A DNA stretch of 64,000 bases from Desulfobacterales bacterium (GTDB lineage Bacteria > Desulfobacterota > Desulfobacteria > Desulfobacterales > JAHDSC01). Below, piece by piece: positions 50,081-60,476 of the stretch. The stretch's first letter is position 1. Each line of letters starts with the position of its first letter. The position numbers and the translations under genes are program-made. The stretch lies in NCBI GenBank assembly GCA_040769985.1, contig JAXGJZ010000005.1, positions 51,426-115,425 on the forward strand, given 5' to 3'. The notes beneath the pieces are model-generated. The model saw nothing but the letters and a program-made list of their open reading frames with translations. It did not search any database and was not told where the DNA came from.

Positions 50081-50758
50081 TTAAGGGGAAGACATCTCTT
50101 TCTTTTTTTCTTGCATCTTTTGATCGATGGCCTCAAAAGATGCAATTTGGTCTTTAAGAATTTGAATTTCTTTCCCCATCATTTCATTTTGTTGTTTCAA
50201 GATCGAATTTTCCGACTCAAGCGATTTGAGTTTATCCCTCAGATACTGTATCTCTTGTTCCCTTGACTGGACCGCCCCGAAAAAGCCGAGGTTTTCTTTT
50301 GATTGCGAAACCCCTTCGAACTTCTCCCGGTTGATTATCTGTAAGAAAATGCCTTGTATAAAAGGGTTAATCATTCGTGGATCCTCATCCTTCATCTCAA
50401 CAGAAATCATTCGGGTCCACGAATTCCAGAGAATCATTGCATCCTTGTATTCATCCGCATTTTCGGCCAGAACCAATCGGGTGCATGCCAGTCCGTACAT
50501 GGCCCCTCTACGGATCAGTTCGTCTTCGGAATGTCGCAGTTGTTCATAAATATCAGTCGCCTGATTATAATCGTTTTGCTGAAAGGCTCGGTTTGCTTTC
50601 TTTAAAATTGCCCAATTATCATTACACCGAGTTGTTTCTTGTTTAATTACCCGGCTGGTTTCGATAAAAGTGCAACACGGAATAACCATGACGCCAGCTA
50701 ATAAAGCTACAAAAGATGAAAAACTCAAAACCGCCTTAATCATCCGTGTTCCATTCAT
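50081..50758 (-). CDS. Exported hypothetical protein with a C-terminal coiled-coil, encoded between the kinase and the regulator
   Basis: N-terminal signal-like segment (AVLSFSSFVALLAGVMVIPCC). TPR-like middle. Heptad-rich tail (LKSLESENSILKQQNEMMGKEIQILKDQIASFE). Confidence 0.65.
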   Translation of the reverse strand: MNGTRMIKAVLSFSSFVALLAGVMVIPCCTFIETSRVIKQETTRCNDNWAILKKANRAFQQNDYNQATDIYEQLRHSEDELIRRGAMYGLACTRLVLAENADEYKDAMILWNSWTRMISVEMKDEDPRMINPFIQGIFLQIINREKFEGVSQSKENLGFFGAVQSREQEIQYLRDKLKSLESENSILKQQNEMMGKEIQILKDQIASFEAIDQKMQEKKKEMSSP

Positions 50759-50832
50759 GGTTAAAAATTTTCGTTTTGAAACGCCTCAAATCAAATGCAA
50801 TTCAATGCATGTTCGGCTTTTATCACGATTTC

Positions 50833-52389
50833 TCAAACAACTCGGCTTTGCGTTTCTTCGCAGGCGGAGGGAAGCGTGAAAAAAAATGTGCTTCCCTTCC
50901 CGACTTTGCTATTGACCCATACGTTCCCGTTATGGGCCTGAACAATTCGTTTTGTTATATTCAGCCCCAATCCAACCCCACTCATATGATCTCTCGCACC
51001 CGGCGATTGATAATACTTGTTGAATATCAGAGATTGTTCTTCCTTCGGGATACCCGGGCCGTTATCTGAAACCGAAAACCGCAGGTTTCCCGCGGCATCA
51101 TCCAAGCCTGAACACACGGTCACCTTACTGCCGGGAGGTGAAAACTTGATTGCGTTATCCAGCAGGTTTATAAAGACTCGCTGCAGGTACTCAGGATCCC
51201 CCATCAGATTGGGAAGGCCGGGACTTATCTGCACCTCGATATTGATATTTTTCACCTCTGCCGCGGGGTTGAGCTTATAAATACACTTGGAGACGAAAAG
51301 AGCGGTTTCGATGGATGTGGGCTTTATTTCCAGTGCACCGGATTCAAGGCGGGAGACCTGCATCAAATGATTCAGCAATTCACAAATCCGGCCGATTTCC
51401 ACGCTGGCAATCTCAAGAAACTTTCTTTGTCGCTGGTTAATGCCACCCATGATCTCTTCCGCAATCATATTCACCGATTCTCGGATAGAGGTCAAGGGCG
51501 TTCTTATTTCGTGGCTCAACATGGAAATAAAATCCGAGCGCATTCGCTCTTCTTCTTTCAAACGCACGGCCATCTCATTGAAAGCGCCCGCCAATTGCCC
51601 GAATTCATCTTTCGATCGCACGACAATAGGCTCGCTGTATCGCTCTTGGGAGATCGATTTGATTCCGGCGCTAAGCTCACGAAGCGGCCGGATCATCGAG
51701 TAAGCCAGAAAAATTATTCCAACCAGACCCACAAGGCTTGAAATTCCTAAACCGATTAAACCATTTTGAGCAGAGATTCGTCCCTGGCGATTCAGTTCAT
51801 GGATTGCGGATGTGATATCCTGCTCATTTTCGATCCGGGCCGCGGAAATCTCTTGAATCCATTTATTGATGACCGGCTCCGGAATCCACAGCAGCTCAGC
51901 CGGTTCATCCTCTTTCAAATTTCCTAATTTATCCGAAAAATTTTTATAATTTTCATAAAGCCGTTTCCACTGCGGGGAGACCGCCATTCCCATGGATTCC
52001 AGTTGAATGATCCCGATCAGATTAATTTCGAAGTCTTTTTGTGCCGAAAGAAAATAGTGGAGATAATCTTCTTTTTTCAACAAATGATATTTTTTGTCGT
52101 TTTCCTCCATATTAAGCAAGTTCTCGATCATCTTTTTGGAAATAGACGATATCTTGGTGTTTTTATTTACAATATCTTCGGATAATTTAACGATTTCCTG
52201 AAAATTGATGTAGAGGACCAGGATTGTTCCATAGAATATGAGCAGGGTTATAAAAAACCATACAAACAACTTGCTTGTTATTCCATATTTTGGTTTCACA
52301 CTTGGACCCTTCTTAATAATGCCGGAGCACGGTAAAGGACAAGGCCCCCGGCTACGAAAACCGACAACCCACTTCTTGAAAAAAACCAT
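50833..52389 (-). CDS. Sensor histidine kinase (TM-sensor-HAMP-HisKA-HATPase_c)
   Basis: H-box FISMLSHEIRTPLTSI. N/G boxes LDNAIKFSP, SDNGPGIP, GVGLGL. The true start may be GTG at 52299. Confidence 0.92.
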   Translation of the reverse strand: MVFFKKWVVGFRSRGPCPLPCSGIIKKGPSVKPKYGITSKLFVWFFITLLIFYGTILVLYINFQEIVKLSEDIVNKNTKISSISKKMIENLLNMEENDKKYHLLKKEDYLHYFLSAQKDFEINLIGIIQLESMGMAVSPQWKRLYENYKNFSDKLGNLKEDEPAELLWIPEPVINKWIQEISAARIENEQDITSAIHELNRQGRISAQNGLIGLGISSLVGLVGIIFLAYSMIRPLRELSAGIKSISQERYSEPIVVRSKDEFGQLAGAFNEMAVRLKEEERMRSDFISMLSHEIRTPLTSIRESVNMIAEEIMGGINQRQRKFLEIASVEIGRICELLNHLMQVSRLESGALEIKPTSIETALFVSKCIYKLNPAAEVKNINIEVQISPGLPNLMGDPEYLQRVFINLLDNAIKFSPPGSKVTVCSGLDDAAGNLRFSVSDNGPGIPKEEQSLIFNKYYQSPGARDHMSGVGLGLNITKRIVQAHNGNVWVNSKVGKGSTFFFTLPSACEETQSRVV

Positions 52390-53332
52390 GCTGTCCAGGA
52401 AAAACGGCCTTTCTTTCGAAGCAATTTCAGAACCTCCCTTCGGCCTCCGATCTCTGTTTTGCTGTTTTGGTGCGAGGCGTTCCCTACTGAAAATATTCTA
52501 TGAATTTCTTCAGTTGAACGCATTGTCGAGCCTTGATCGTAAGTCCGACGGAACGGAACGACTTCCATGCGAATTCTTTTTCAGCAATCGATTCCAAACA
52601 ATCCGGTGGCGTGATTTCAACGGATTCGACAGAAATTCCGGAAAGAACGTTTCCATCTTATGCAACTGCTTTTTCCGTATCCGATAGGGTTGATCGGCCG
52701 GACTGATCCACAAGTGGGAATTTGAGACACTCTCTTTGGCTCCGGCTCACCTTTTTGTATTAACTCGAAATGATGAGGGACTTCTGATCCTTTTTCGGAA
52801 AGTTTGTTTTACCGGTTCCCATCCGCAACCCGTTTTTCGAATGGATGCATTGTTCACTAACAGAAAAACCAGGTCGAGTCAATGCGACAACAGATGCCGA
52901 ATCCAGATCTGTGGAGTAATTAGCGACGGCAGAATGAACACCGAATTCGATGAAATCTTTTAAGCAATGCCCGGTATCTTCGAAAAATCTTTGTGTTTTT
53001 CACTTTTTGCCGAAAAGTATCAAAGGCTTCAGCTTTTGAAAAGATTCGAATGAAGCGTAACCAACCGAAAGACGAAAGTCACGGCCTCCCCGATGTTCTT
53101 CCGATATCTCCGATACCCACGCATCTCCGCAGCGTGTTAGTTGTTTCAATACACCATCTCTTGCTCATCAACTGCGATGCAACTTATAGTATTTACATCC
53201 GCTTTGCACCTGTGGTAAGTTGATCCGCATTTTTTGGGTGTTTTCAAATGCCGCAGGAAAAATCGTTCGAAGGGATCTTGTCATCGGCCACATAAACGCC
53301 CGGGAATTCGGTTGAAAGGACTCGCTGTTGCG

Positions 53333-54562
53333 ATGATAAGCAAAGACCGCAAAGTTGAGCTGCTGGCCCCTGCCGGAAATTTTGAAAAGCTTGAAATTGC
53401 CATCCACTATGGCGCGGATGCGGTCTACCTGGGAGGCAAAGATTTCAACCTGAGAAATTTTTCCGAAAATTTCACCATGGAAGAAATCCAAGAGGCAGTT
53501 AATTTTGCCCGCCGATGCAATGTTAAGGTTTATGTTGCATGTAACATTTATGCCAGAAATTGCGAGATCAAATTAATCAGAAATTATTTTTATAAGCTGG
53601 GAGAAATACGACCGGACGCTTTAATCGTCGCCGACCCCGGAATATTTTTACTGGCACGAGGTATTCTTCCGCAAGTTCCGATCCATCTGAGCACCCAGGC
53701 CAATACAACCAATTATAACAGTATTATATTCTGGGAAAATCTCGGTATCAAAAGAATCAATGTCGCCAGGGAAATATCGTTGAAAGAAATAAAGGAGATT
53801 GCCTCACATAGCTCGGTGGAACTGGAAGCTTTCGTTCATGGAGCGATGTGCATTTCTTATTCGGGACGATGTCTTCTCAGCAGTTTTATGGCAAACCGGG
53901 AGGGAAACCGTGGTTTGTGCTGTCATCCCTGCAGGTGGAACTATGCCGTTGTTGAAGAGACACGGCCCGGCCGGTATTTCCCGATTTCAGAAGATAACCG
54001 CGGCAGTTACATATTTAACTCGAGGGATCTTTGCATGATAGAGCATGTTCCAGAAATGATTGAAGCCGGTATTTGCTCTCTTAAAATTGAGGGGAGAATG
54101 AAGGGAATCAACTATGTCGCATCCGCTGTAAAGGTTTACCGGGAGGCAATCGATTCCTATTATACGAACCCGAATTCATATACGGTTAAAAATAGCTGGG
54201 TGGAAGAGCTTGCTGAAATAAGCTGCAGGGGTTACTGCACCGGCTTCTATTTCAATGACCCCGGAGAGGTCTCCCCGAATTATGCCGAGTGCAAATATGC
54301 GCCGCACCGCATCTTTGTCGGAAAAGTAATCGATGCGGACGGTTTGGGAGGAACTCATATAGATGTTCGTAACAAAATTTGTAAAGGAGACGTCCTTGAG
54401 ATTCTGAAAAGACGCGGTCCTGTATTAAAAGATAAAATCAACGAAATTATCGATTCCGATGGGCACCCAATCCCTTTTGCCCAACCCGGGAGCCGGGCAA
54501 CCGTTTTCGTTTCAAACTCCTGCGAGCCGAATGATTTGCTCAGACGGCCGGATCCCGGTTGA
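53333..54562 (+). CDS. Peptidase U32 family protein
   Basis: ORF 53234..54562. Conserved start region MISKDRKVELLAPAGNFEKLEIAIHYGADAVYLGG at 53333. EAFVHGAMCISYSGRCLLS motif. Confidence 0.9.
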   Translation: MISKDRKVELLAPAGNFEKLEIAIHYGADAVYLGGKDFNLRNFSENFTMEEIQEAVNFARRCNVKVYVACNIYARNCEIKLIRNYFYKLGEIRPDALIVADPGIFLLARGILPQVPIHLSTQANTTNYNSIIFWENLGIKRINVAREISLKEIKEIASHSSVELEAFVHGAMCISYSGRCLLSSFMANREGNRGLCCHPCRWNYAVVEETRPGRYFPISEDNRGSYIFNSRDLCMIEHVPEMIEAGICSLKIEGRMKGINYVASAVKVYREAIDSYYTNPNSYTVKNSWVEELAEISCRGYCTGFYFNDPGEVSPNYAECKYAPHRIFVGKVIDADGLGGTHIDVRNKICKGDVLEILKRRGPVLKDKINEIIDSDGHPIPFAQPGSRATVFVSNSCEPNDLLRRPDPG

Positions 54563-54860
54563 TCATGGGCATAATCCCTTTTCAGAATATGGGATGTTCT
54601 TCCGGTTCCGACCAAACCTGAAATTCGATACGGCTTGCATTCATCGGATAAGGCCGGCAAGGACCGGGTGTTTTTCAGTTTAAACCGACGGCATTGAATC
54701 CGTGGATTTTTTGACACGAAGAAATAACGAAAACATTTGAAAGCACCCCCTTCCGGTCCGAACAGGGATTGCTTCCAAATGGAAATGTCGACGAATCTTT
54801 CACGGCATTCATCCCAACTTTCCGGATGAAACATACGCTGCTGCCCCAACCATTATTTCA

Positions 54861-56819
54861 ATGAGATTTGTCATTCGAAAGAAAGCGGTTTTTTTGCCGG
54901 GGATCATTGTCAGCATCCTTGTCGGGATGCTGACCGGCGCATTTATTGCGTTTACCCACGATCTTCCCCAGATCCGGTCTCTGGAGACGTTCGAGCCATC
55001 CGCTATCACCCGAATTTATTCGGCTGACAACATTCTCCTGGCCGAACTTTTCGTTGAAAAAAGAGAGCCGGTGCCCCTTGACGTGATACCGGATCGTCTG
55101 AAACAGGCACTGATCGCAACGGAGGACAGGAACTTTTACAAGCACTGCGGGGTTGATCTAAAAGGAATTCTAAGAGCGGTTGTCAAAAACATTTTCGCAG
55201 GAAAGTTTGCGGAAGGGGCAAGCACGATTACCCAGCAACTGGCAAAAACCCTCTTCCTGACGCCGAGAAAAACCCTGGTTCGAAAAATCAAAGAAGCCGT
55301 TCTATCCTTTCAACTCGAGCGTCGCTATACGAAAAATGAGATACTGGAACTTTATCTGAATCAGATATACCTGGGTAGCGGTGCATACGGGGTCGAATCG
55401 GCAGCCAGAATTTTTTTCGGAAAATCGGTAAAAGACTTGAGTCTTTCTGAATGCGCTCTCGTTGCAGCAATGCCGAAAGCACCTTCGCGTTTTTCTCCCC
55501 TTGTCAATATGGATCTGGCAATCAAGCGTCGAAACATCGTTTTAAAGCAAATGCGGAATACCGGCATTATTGGTGAAGATGATTACCACCTATCTTTGAA
55601 AGAGCTCCCGACTGTCGGAAAGCAGGGGAAGATATCCGTCCATGCCCCTTACTTTGTGGAATATGTAAAGGATTTTCTTGAAGAGGCCTTGGGTTCATCA
55701 AAACTTTATAAGGGCGGCCTCACCGTTTTTACGACGCTTTCTTTTGATTTGCAGGAGGCGGCCGAGAAAGCGGCGGATAGAGGAATCGATGCACTTGAAA
55801 AAAGAATGAAGCGGAACGGGGTAAAAACCATTTCCCCTCAATGTGCCCTGATCGCTCTGGATGTCAAAACCGGCGGGATTCTCTCCATGGTCGGAGGCAT
55901 CCATTTTAACGAAAGTCCATTCAATAGAGCCTCCGATGCAAGGAGACAGCCCGGATCCGCATTTAAACCAATCGTCTATGCCCATGCTGTTGAAAACGGT
56001 TTCACCCAGAACATGACCTTACGGGATGCCCCCGTAAGCTTTAAAGGAGGAGAAAAGGGAAAGGATTGGAGCCCGGAAAATTTTTCCGGAACGTATGAAG
56101 GCGACATGACCCTCAGAAAAGCGCTTGCTCTTTCGAAGAATATACCGGCGATCCGACTGATCGAGATATTGGGGCCATCTTCGGTGACCCGGTTTGCCAA
56201 TTCACTCGGAATCGAATCTCCGCTTTCCCCGAATCTCTCTCTTGCCCTCGGCACGTCGGAGGTAACACTTTTGGAATTGACCTCCGCCTATGCCGTTTTT
56301 GCCAACAGAGGCAAAATGATTAAGCCGTTTGGCGTGGTTCAGGTAGTCGACAGCGCAGGTCGTATCGTCTGGAGCGTAAAACCCCGGCAGAAAACCGCTA
56401 TGTCACGCACCGGTGCGGCAATCATAACAGACATGCTTGGCGCTGTCGTGACGGAAGGCACCGGAAAAAAAGCGCAGATTCTCGGACGCCCCATGGCCGG
56501 AAAAACCGGAACAACCGATACCTATAAGGATGCGCTTTTTATCGGTTTCTCGCCCTCTGTCGCAACCGGCGTATGGGTAGGTCAGGATGCTTTCACGACG
56601 TTGGGCGATGGGGAAACCGGTGCCATGGCGGCTCTTCCGATATGGATCGAATTCATGTCAAAAGCGATCTGCGGCAATTCTCATCAATATTTTGACCTTC
56701 CGGATGATATGGTACAGGTGTGTATGGATCCTTCCACCGGTTCCAGGATGCCGATGGATTCACCGCGTTCCGTCCGGGCGCTTTTTAAGATAGGAACCGA
56801 ACCCAAATCAAACCAATGA
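54861..56819 (+). CDS. mrcA: Penicillin-binding protein 1A family (bifunctional glycosyltransferase/transpeptidase)
   Basis: 652 aa. GT51 motifs (ATEDRNFYKHCGVD, GASTITQQLAK, RKIKEA). TPase motifs (SAFKP, SKN, KTGTT). Confidence 0.93.
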   Translation: MRFVIRKKAVFLPGIIVSILVGMLTGAFIAFTHDLPQIRSLETFEPSAITRIYSADNILLAELFVEKREPVPLDVIPDRLKQALIATEDRNFYKHCGVDLKGILRAVVKNIFAGKFAEGASTITQQLAKTLFLTPRKTLVRKIKEAVLSFQLERRYTKNEILELYLNQIYLGSGAYGVESAARIFFGKSVKDLSLSECALVAAMPKAPSRFSPLVNMDLAIKRRNIVLKQMRNTGIIGEDDYHLSLKELPTVGKQGKISVHAPYFVEYVKDFLEEALGSSKLYKGGLTVFTTLSFDLQEAAEKAADRGIDALEKRMKRNGVKTISPQCALIALDVKTGGILSMVGGIHFNESPFNRASDARRQPGSAFKPIVYAHAVENGFTQNMTLRDAPVSFKGGEKGKDWSPENFSGTYEGDMTLRKALALSKNIPAIRLIEILGPSSVTRFANSLGIESPLSPNLSLALGTSEVTLLELTSAYAVFANRGKMIKPFGVVQVVDSAGRIVWSVKPRQKTAMSRTGAAIITDMLGAVVTEGTGKKAQILGRPMAGKTGTTDTYKDALFIGFSPSVATGVWVGQDAFTTLGDGETGAMAALPIWIEFMSKAICGNSHQYFDLPDDMVQVCMDPSTGSRMPMDSPRSVRALFKIGTEPKSNQ

Positions 56820-57096
56820 AACTCCTGAAAATTTTTTGGAAAAAGGATATGATATCATTGACAGAAACAAAAATTCTGTGGAAAATAGAAGGTTCAGAAA
56901 GGTGCCCGTCCCTGGTTGATTCCTGGAGGGGAGCCTTTTTAAAAATGCTCCGTTTGGTTCCGGTTCAAGAAAACCGCCAATTGTTAACTACACGAACAAA
57001 TTGAGGGTTTCAGGAATGAAAATCTGAGTCGGAGCAGAAACCGGGCGAAAGACGGCTTTAGGCTAAGGGCACTTGATCGTATTCCGGAACAGGAAC

Positions 57097-57582
57097 ATGC
57101 CGATTATGGTTCGAAAAGCAACAATACGAGATATAGGCGCGATTCACAAACTTCTTCATATGTATGGCGTGAAAGGAGAACTCCTTCCACGCCCGCTGAG
57201 CAATCTATATGATCATGTCCGAGATTTTTCCGTCTACGCGGATCCCGGGGACAACAGGGTTTTAGGCTGCTGCGCCCTGCAATTTTGCTGGGAAGACCTG
57301 GCTGAGATCCGATCTTTGGCGGTACATCCCGATTATGTAAAAAGAAAAATCGGTTCCAAACTCGTTGAAACCGCCCTCTCGGAAGCCGCATCGTTTAATA
57401 TAAAAAAGGTGTTTGCACTGACTTACCAACCCGATTTTTTCAGAAAATTCGGTTTCAAAAAAATTGATCGGTCGGAACTTCCGTTGAAAATCTGGTCGGA
57501 TTGTATCATGTGCGTCAAGTTTCCGAACTGCGACGAAACGGCTATGATGCTGGAAATGGACTCACTCATTACGAGTAGATAA
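57097..57582 (+). CDS. GNAT-family N-acetyltransferase (short ArgA-like type)
   Basis: ORF 57073..57582. Start MPIMVRKATIRDIGAI. AEIRSLAVHPDYVKRKIGSKLV acetyl-CoA motif. Confidence 0.85.
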   Translation: MPIMVRKATIRDIGAIHKLLHMYGVKGELLPRPLSNLYDHVRDFSVYADPGDNRVLGCCALQFCWEDLAEIRSLAVHPDYVKRKIGSKLVETALSEAASFNIKKVFALTYQPDFFRKFGFKKIDRSELPLKIWSDCIMCVKFPNCDETAMMLEMDSLITSR

Positions 57583-58630
57583 TGTTAAATGGAAGCGGTG
57601 GATATTTCCACACCCCGGGTTTGGGCATGATGTGTTGCCCCCCTACGGTCAACCAGTACAAGTCCGACTTGAGTTCCCGCAATTTACTATCATCCGGCGG
57701 CCTGGCATAATTGGTGTAGGAATAGGTAGCCTGAAATATGCAGATTCCGTCTTTTTCTTCCCGTGCGATCTCATAGTTTTTCTTAAACGTTCGCAGAACC
57801 ATATTATTTGCCTCTGCAATCTGCTCCATCTCATGTTCGGTGAATTTCATCAGAACCGCCTTGGAAACCCCCCTTTCGGAAATTCTGATCAGCGCCCGGG
57901 TTTCGCTGCTTCCCGCATACACCGTGGTGATGCATTGAATCCGCTTCAGATATTGGGAGGCCACCACGGCGGCCGTTCGTCTGCCGCCCGCCATAACCGG
58001 CACTCCGTAATACTCGAAAAATTTTTTCTGGACGTCTTCCGCATACTTGTCGCCTTTTTCATAGATATCTTTTGAAATATAGCGAAGATTTCTAGCCAGA
58101 TCCTCCGCCGCATCAGAAATCGGCCAGTCGATTTTTACATGAAAATGCGATAGAACATACCGATCTCGTGCCCTGCTGGCCGAGTCTCTTTGAATCAGGA
58201 GCGCATAATCCACAGGGAGCAGCATTTTTAAAAAATTATAAAACTGAATGGACTCCAGGTACTTCTGGCTCCTGTCAAAGCTGTTTGAAATGGGAAGCAT
58301 TTGGGAGGTGAGAAGGTTCGACTTGGTCGTCTGATTGACATCAAGAAATCTTATATACTTTTTATAGGCGGCCGGAATGGTATCTTCTACGAAAATCACC
58401 AGGAAAGCGTTTTGAGATTCATATTCAAGGTCCGGAATCCGCGCACGTGGTTTGAGCTCGCGTTTTTCTACAAATGGATACGGAATGTTTTTCGCGAGAA
58501 AATTTTGATAAGAATCCGACAGCGCATATTGAAACATGAACTGGTCCAATTGGTCCCTCAAGAGCTCATAATAGGAACGCCTGAGTCGGTTTGCCTGACT
58601 GAGTTCTTCCCTGACACTCCAAAAAGCCAA
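57569..58630 (-). CDS. Hypothetical protein, 353 aa, no recognisable domain
   Basis: Long intact ORF with ordinary composition. Overlaps the GNAT 3' end convergently by 14 nt. Confidence 0.6.
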   Translation of the reverse strand: MAFWSVREELSQANRLRRSYYELLRDQLDQFMFQYALSDSYQNFLAKNIPYPFVEKRELKPRARIPDLEYESQNAFLVIFVEDTIPAAYKKYIRFLDVNQTTKSNLLTSQMLPISNSFDRSQKYLESIQFYNFLKMLLPVDYALLIQRDSASRARDRYVLSHFHVKIDWPISDAAEDLARNLRYISKDIYEKGDKYAEDVQKKFFEYYGVPVMAGGRRTAAVVASQYLKRIQCITTVYAGSSETRALIRISERGVSKAVLMKFTEHEMEQIAEANNMVLRTFKKNYEIAREEKDGICIFQATYSYTNYARPPDDSKLRELKSDLYWLTVGGQHIMPKPGVWKYPPLPFNIIYS

Positions 58631-58898
58631 TTTAATCTCCTATTCGATCCGTTTAAACGTTACGTTCGGTCCCCCGGAACTTTCTGCCCCAGAGCTTTCG
58701 GTTCCTGCTTCAAAAATATTTTTTCCCGCGACCGGGCGGAATGAAATAAAAAGTTTGTCCCCCCAACAAGATCGGCTGCCAAAGAGAAATTCGGTACAAA
58801 TATATCAACCGCCCCAAAGATGTCCGTCGTCATCGATATCACCAATTGATTGATAAAAGGCCGAAACCGGATCCCCGTTTCTCAGCCGTTTTCCAATA

Positions 58899-60095
58899 TT
58901 ATGATATACCTGCCTCCGCCTCATCGAGAGCCGCCACCGCCGGCAGTGTTTTCCCTTCCAGCAGTTCGAGAAATGCGCCGCCGCCTGTCGAAATGTAGGT
59001 AATTCGATCGGACTCGCCTGCCTTGTGTATGGCGGCATCCGTGTCGCCGCCGCCGACAATAGAAAGGGCATAGGAATCGGCCACGCTGTGGGCCATCGCC
59101 ATCGTTCCCCTGCTGAAAGCATCCATTTCAAATACACCCAGAGGGCCGTTCCAGACAATTGTCTTGGCATCATGCAACACTTCCGAATAAAGCAGGGACG
59201 TGGCCGGTCCGATATCCAGAGCCATCCAGGAGGATGGGATTTCCTGTATCGGTACGATTTTGACTTCCGCTTTTGGATCAAAGCCGGAGGCCGCCACCGC
59301 ATCTACGGGAAGATAAAATTTTATTCCGTTTTTCTTGGCTTTTTGCATCACCGATCGAGCAACATCGATAAGATCTTCCTCGACGCTGGAAGCACCCATA
59401 CCGAATCCCTTACTTTTCAAAAAAGTGTTGGCCATGGCACCACCGACGATAAACTTGTCAACATGCTCCAGCATGTTTTCCAATGCTCCGATTTTGCTCG
59501 ATACTTTCGCTCCCCCCACAATCGCTACAAGGGGACGCTGAGGGGACGTCATGGCTTTTTTAAAATAATCGATTTCTTTTTGAAGCAGAAAGCCGGCCAC
59601 GGATATGGGTACGAACTTCGTAATGGCGACTACCGATGCATTGCTGCGATGAGATACCGCGAAAGCATCATTCACGTATACATCGCAGAAAGCGGCAAGA
59701 TCTTTTGCAAATCCATCATCATTTTTTTCCTCCTCGGGATGGAATCGCAAATTCTCTAGAAGAAGCACGTCGCCTTCGACCATTCCGGACACCAGCGCTT
59801 TTATGTCGGGCCCAATACAGCCCGGAGCCATCTTCACTTCTTTTTCAAGAAGCCGGCCCAAACGTTTCGCCACCGGAGAAAGGCTGAATTCCGGAACGAC
59901 CTTTCCTTTCGGTCTGCCCAGATGCGATGCAATAATCAGTTTTGCCCTGTTGTCCAGAGCATATTTAAGGGTCGGCAAAACAGCCCGTATCCGGGAATCA
60001 TCCGCAATATTCTGGTACTCATCCAAGGGAACATTAAAATCGACCCGTATAAATACTTTTTTGCCTGAAATCGATATATCTTTGATCGTTTTCAT
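58899..60095 (-). CDS. pgk: Phosphoglycerate kinase
   Basis: 398 aa. [11 protein letters not shown] and GGGDT signatures. Confidence 0.97.
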   Translation of the reverse strand: MKTIKDISISGKKVFIRVDFNVPLDEYQNIADDSRIRAVLPTLKYALDNRAKLIIASHLGRPKGKVVPEFSLSPVAKRLGRLLEKEVKMAPGCIGPDIKALVSGMVEGDVLLLENLRFHPEEEKNDDGFAKDLAAFCDVYVNDAFAVSHRSNASVVAITKFVPISVAGFLLQKEIDYFKKAMTSPQRPLVAIVGGAKVSSKIGALENMLEHVDKFIVGGAMANTFLKSKGFGMGASSVEEDLIDVARSVMQKAKKNGIKFYLPVDAVAASGFDPKAEVKIVPIQEIPSSWMALDIGPATSLLYSEVLHDAKTIVWNGPLGVFEMDAFSRGTMAMAHSVADSYALSIVGGGDTDAAIHKAGESDRITYISTGGGAFLELLEGKTLPAVAALDEAEAGIS

Positions 60096-60391
60096 ACTTC
60101 CCTCCTTTGATGCACCGTTCTAATTTTTTCGGTCATCCTTCTGTTAAGGTCTTTCTTTTGAGACCATCTTTCCAAAAAAGTAATGATACCCGACTGATAA
60201 GCCCTGTCTACAATTTCCTCCTTTATTTTCAATCCACCGATACCTTCCATGGCGGATCGTAAGCATTCTGTTTTGTACAAACAGGCAAAGCAGGCATGAG
60301 GTGTAATTCGAAAGCCATCCCTTCCTTTCGGGAAAACAATATCAAGATCCCCGAAGCAGGAGGGGATTTTTTTTTCTTCCTGGTCGATCAT
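60092..60391 (-). CDS. Small Cys-containing protein (99 aa), translationally coupled to pgk
   Basis: Its stop overlaps the pgk start as ATGA. Cys pattern C12-x21-C34-x2-C37-x5-C43. Confidence 0.55.
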   Translation of the reverse strand: MIDQEEKKIPSCFGDLDIVFPKGRDGFRITPHACFACLYKTECLRSAMEGIGGLKIKEEIVDRAYQSGIITFLERWSQKKDLNRRMTEKIRTVHQRREV

Positions 60392-60476
60392 CCGTCGACG
60401 CCTGAATTCCCTTACTGGTTGATGATTTTACATCTCTTCCTTTGATCAAAAAATTCGCGCCCGCCTCGCATTTCCG

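Noticed and set aside
54355-54849. 164-aa minus-strand ORF overlapping the U32 peptidase 3' end
   Set aside because: It overlaps a well-supported gene, has Arg/Ser/Pro-rich composition and carries no motifs.
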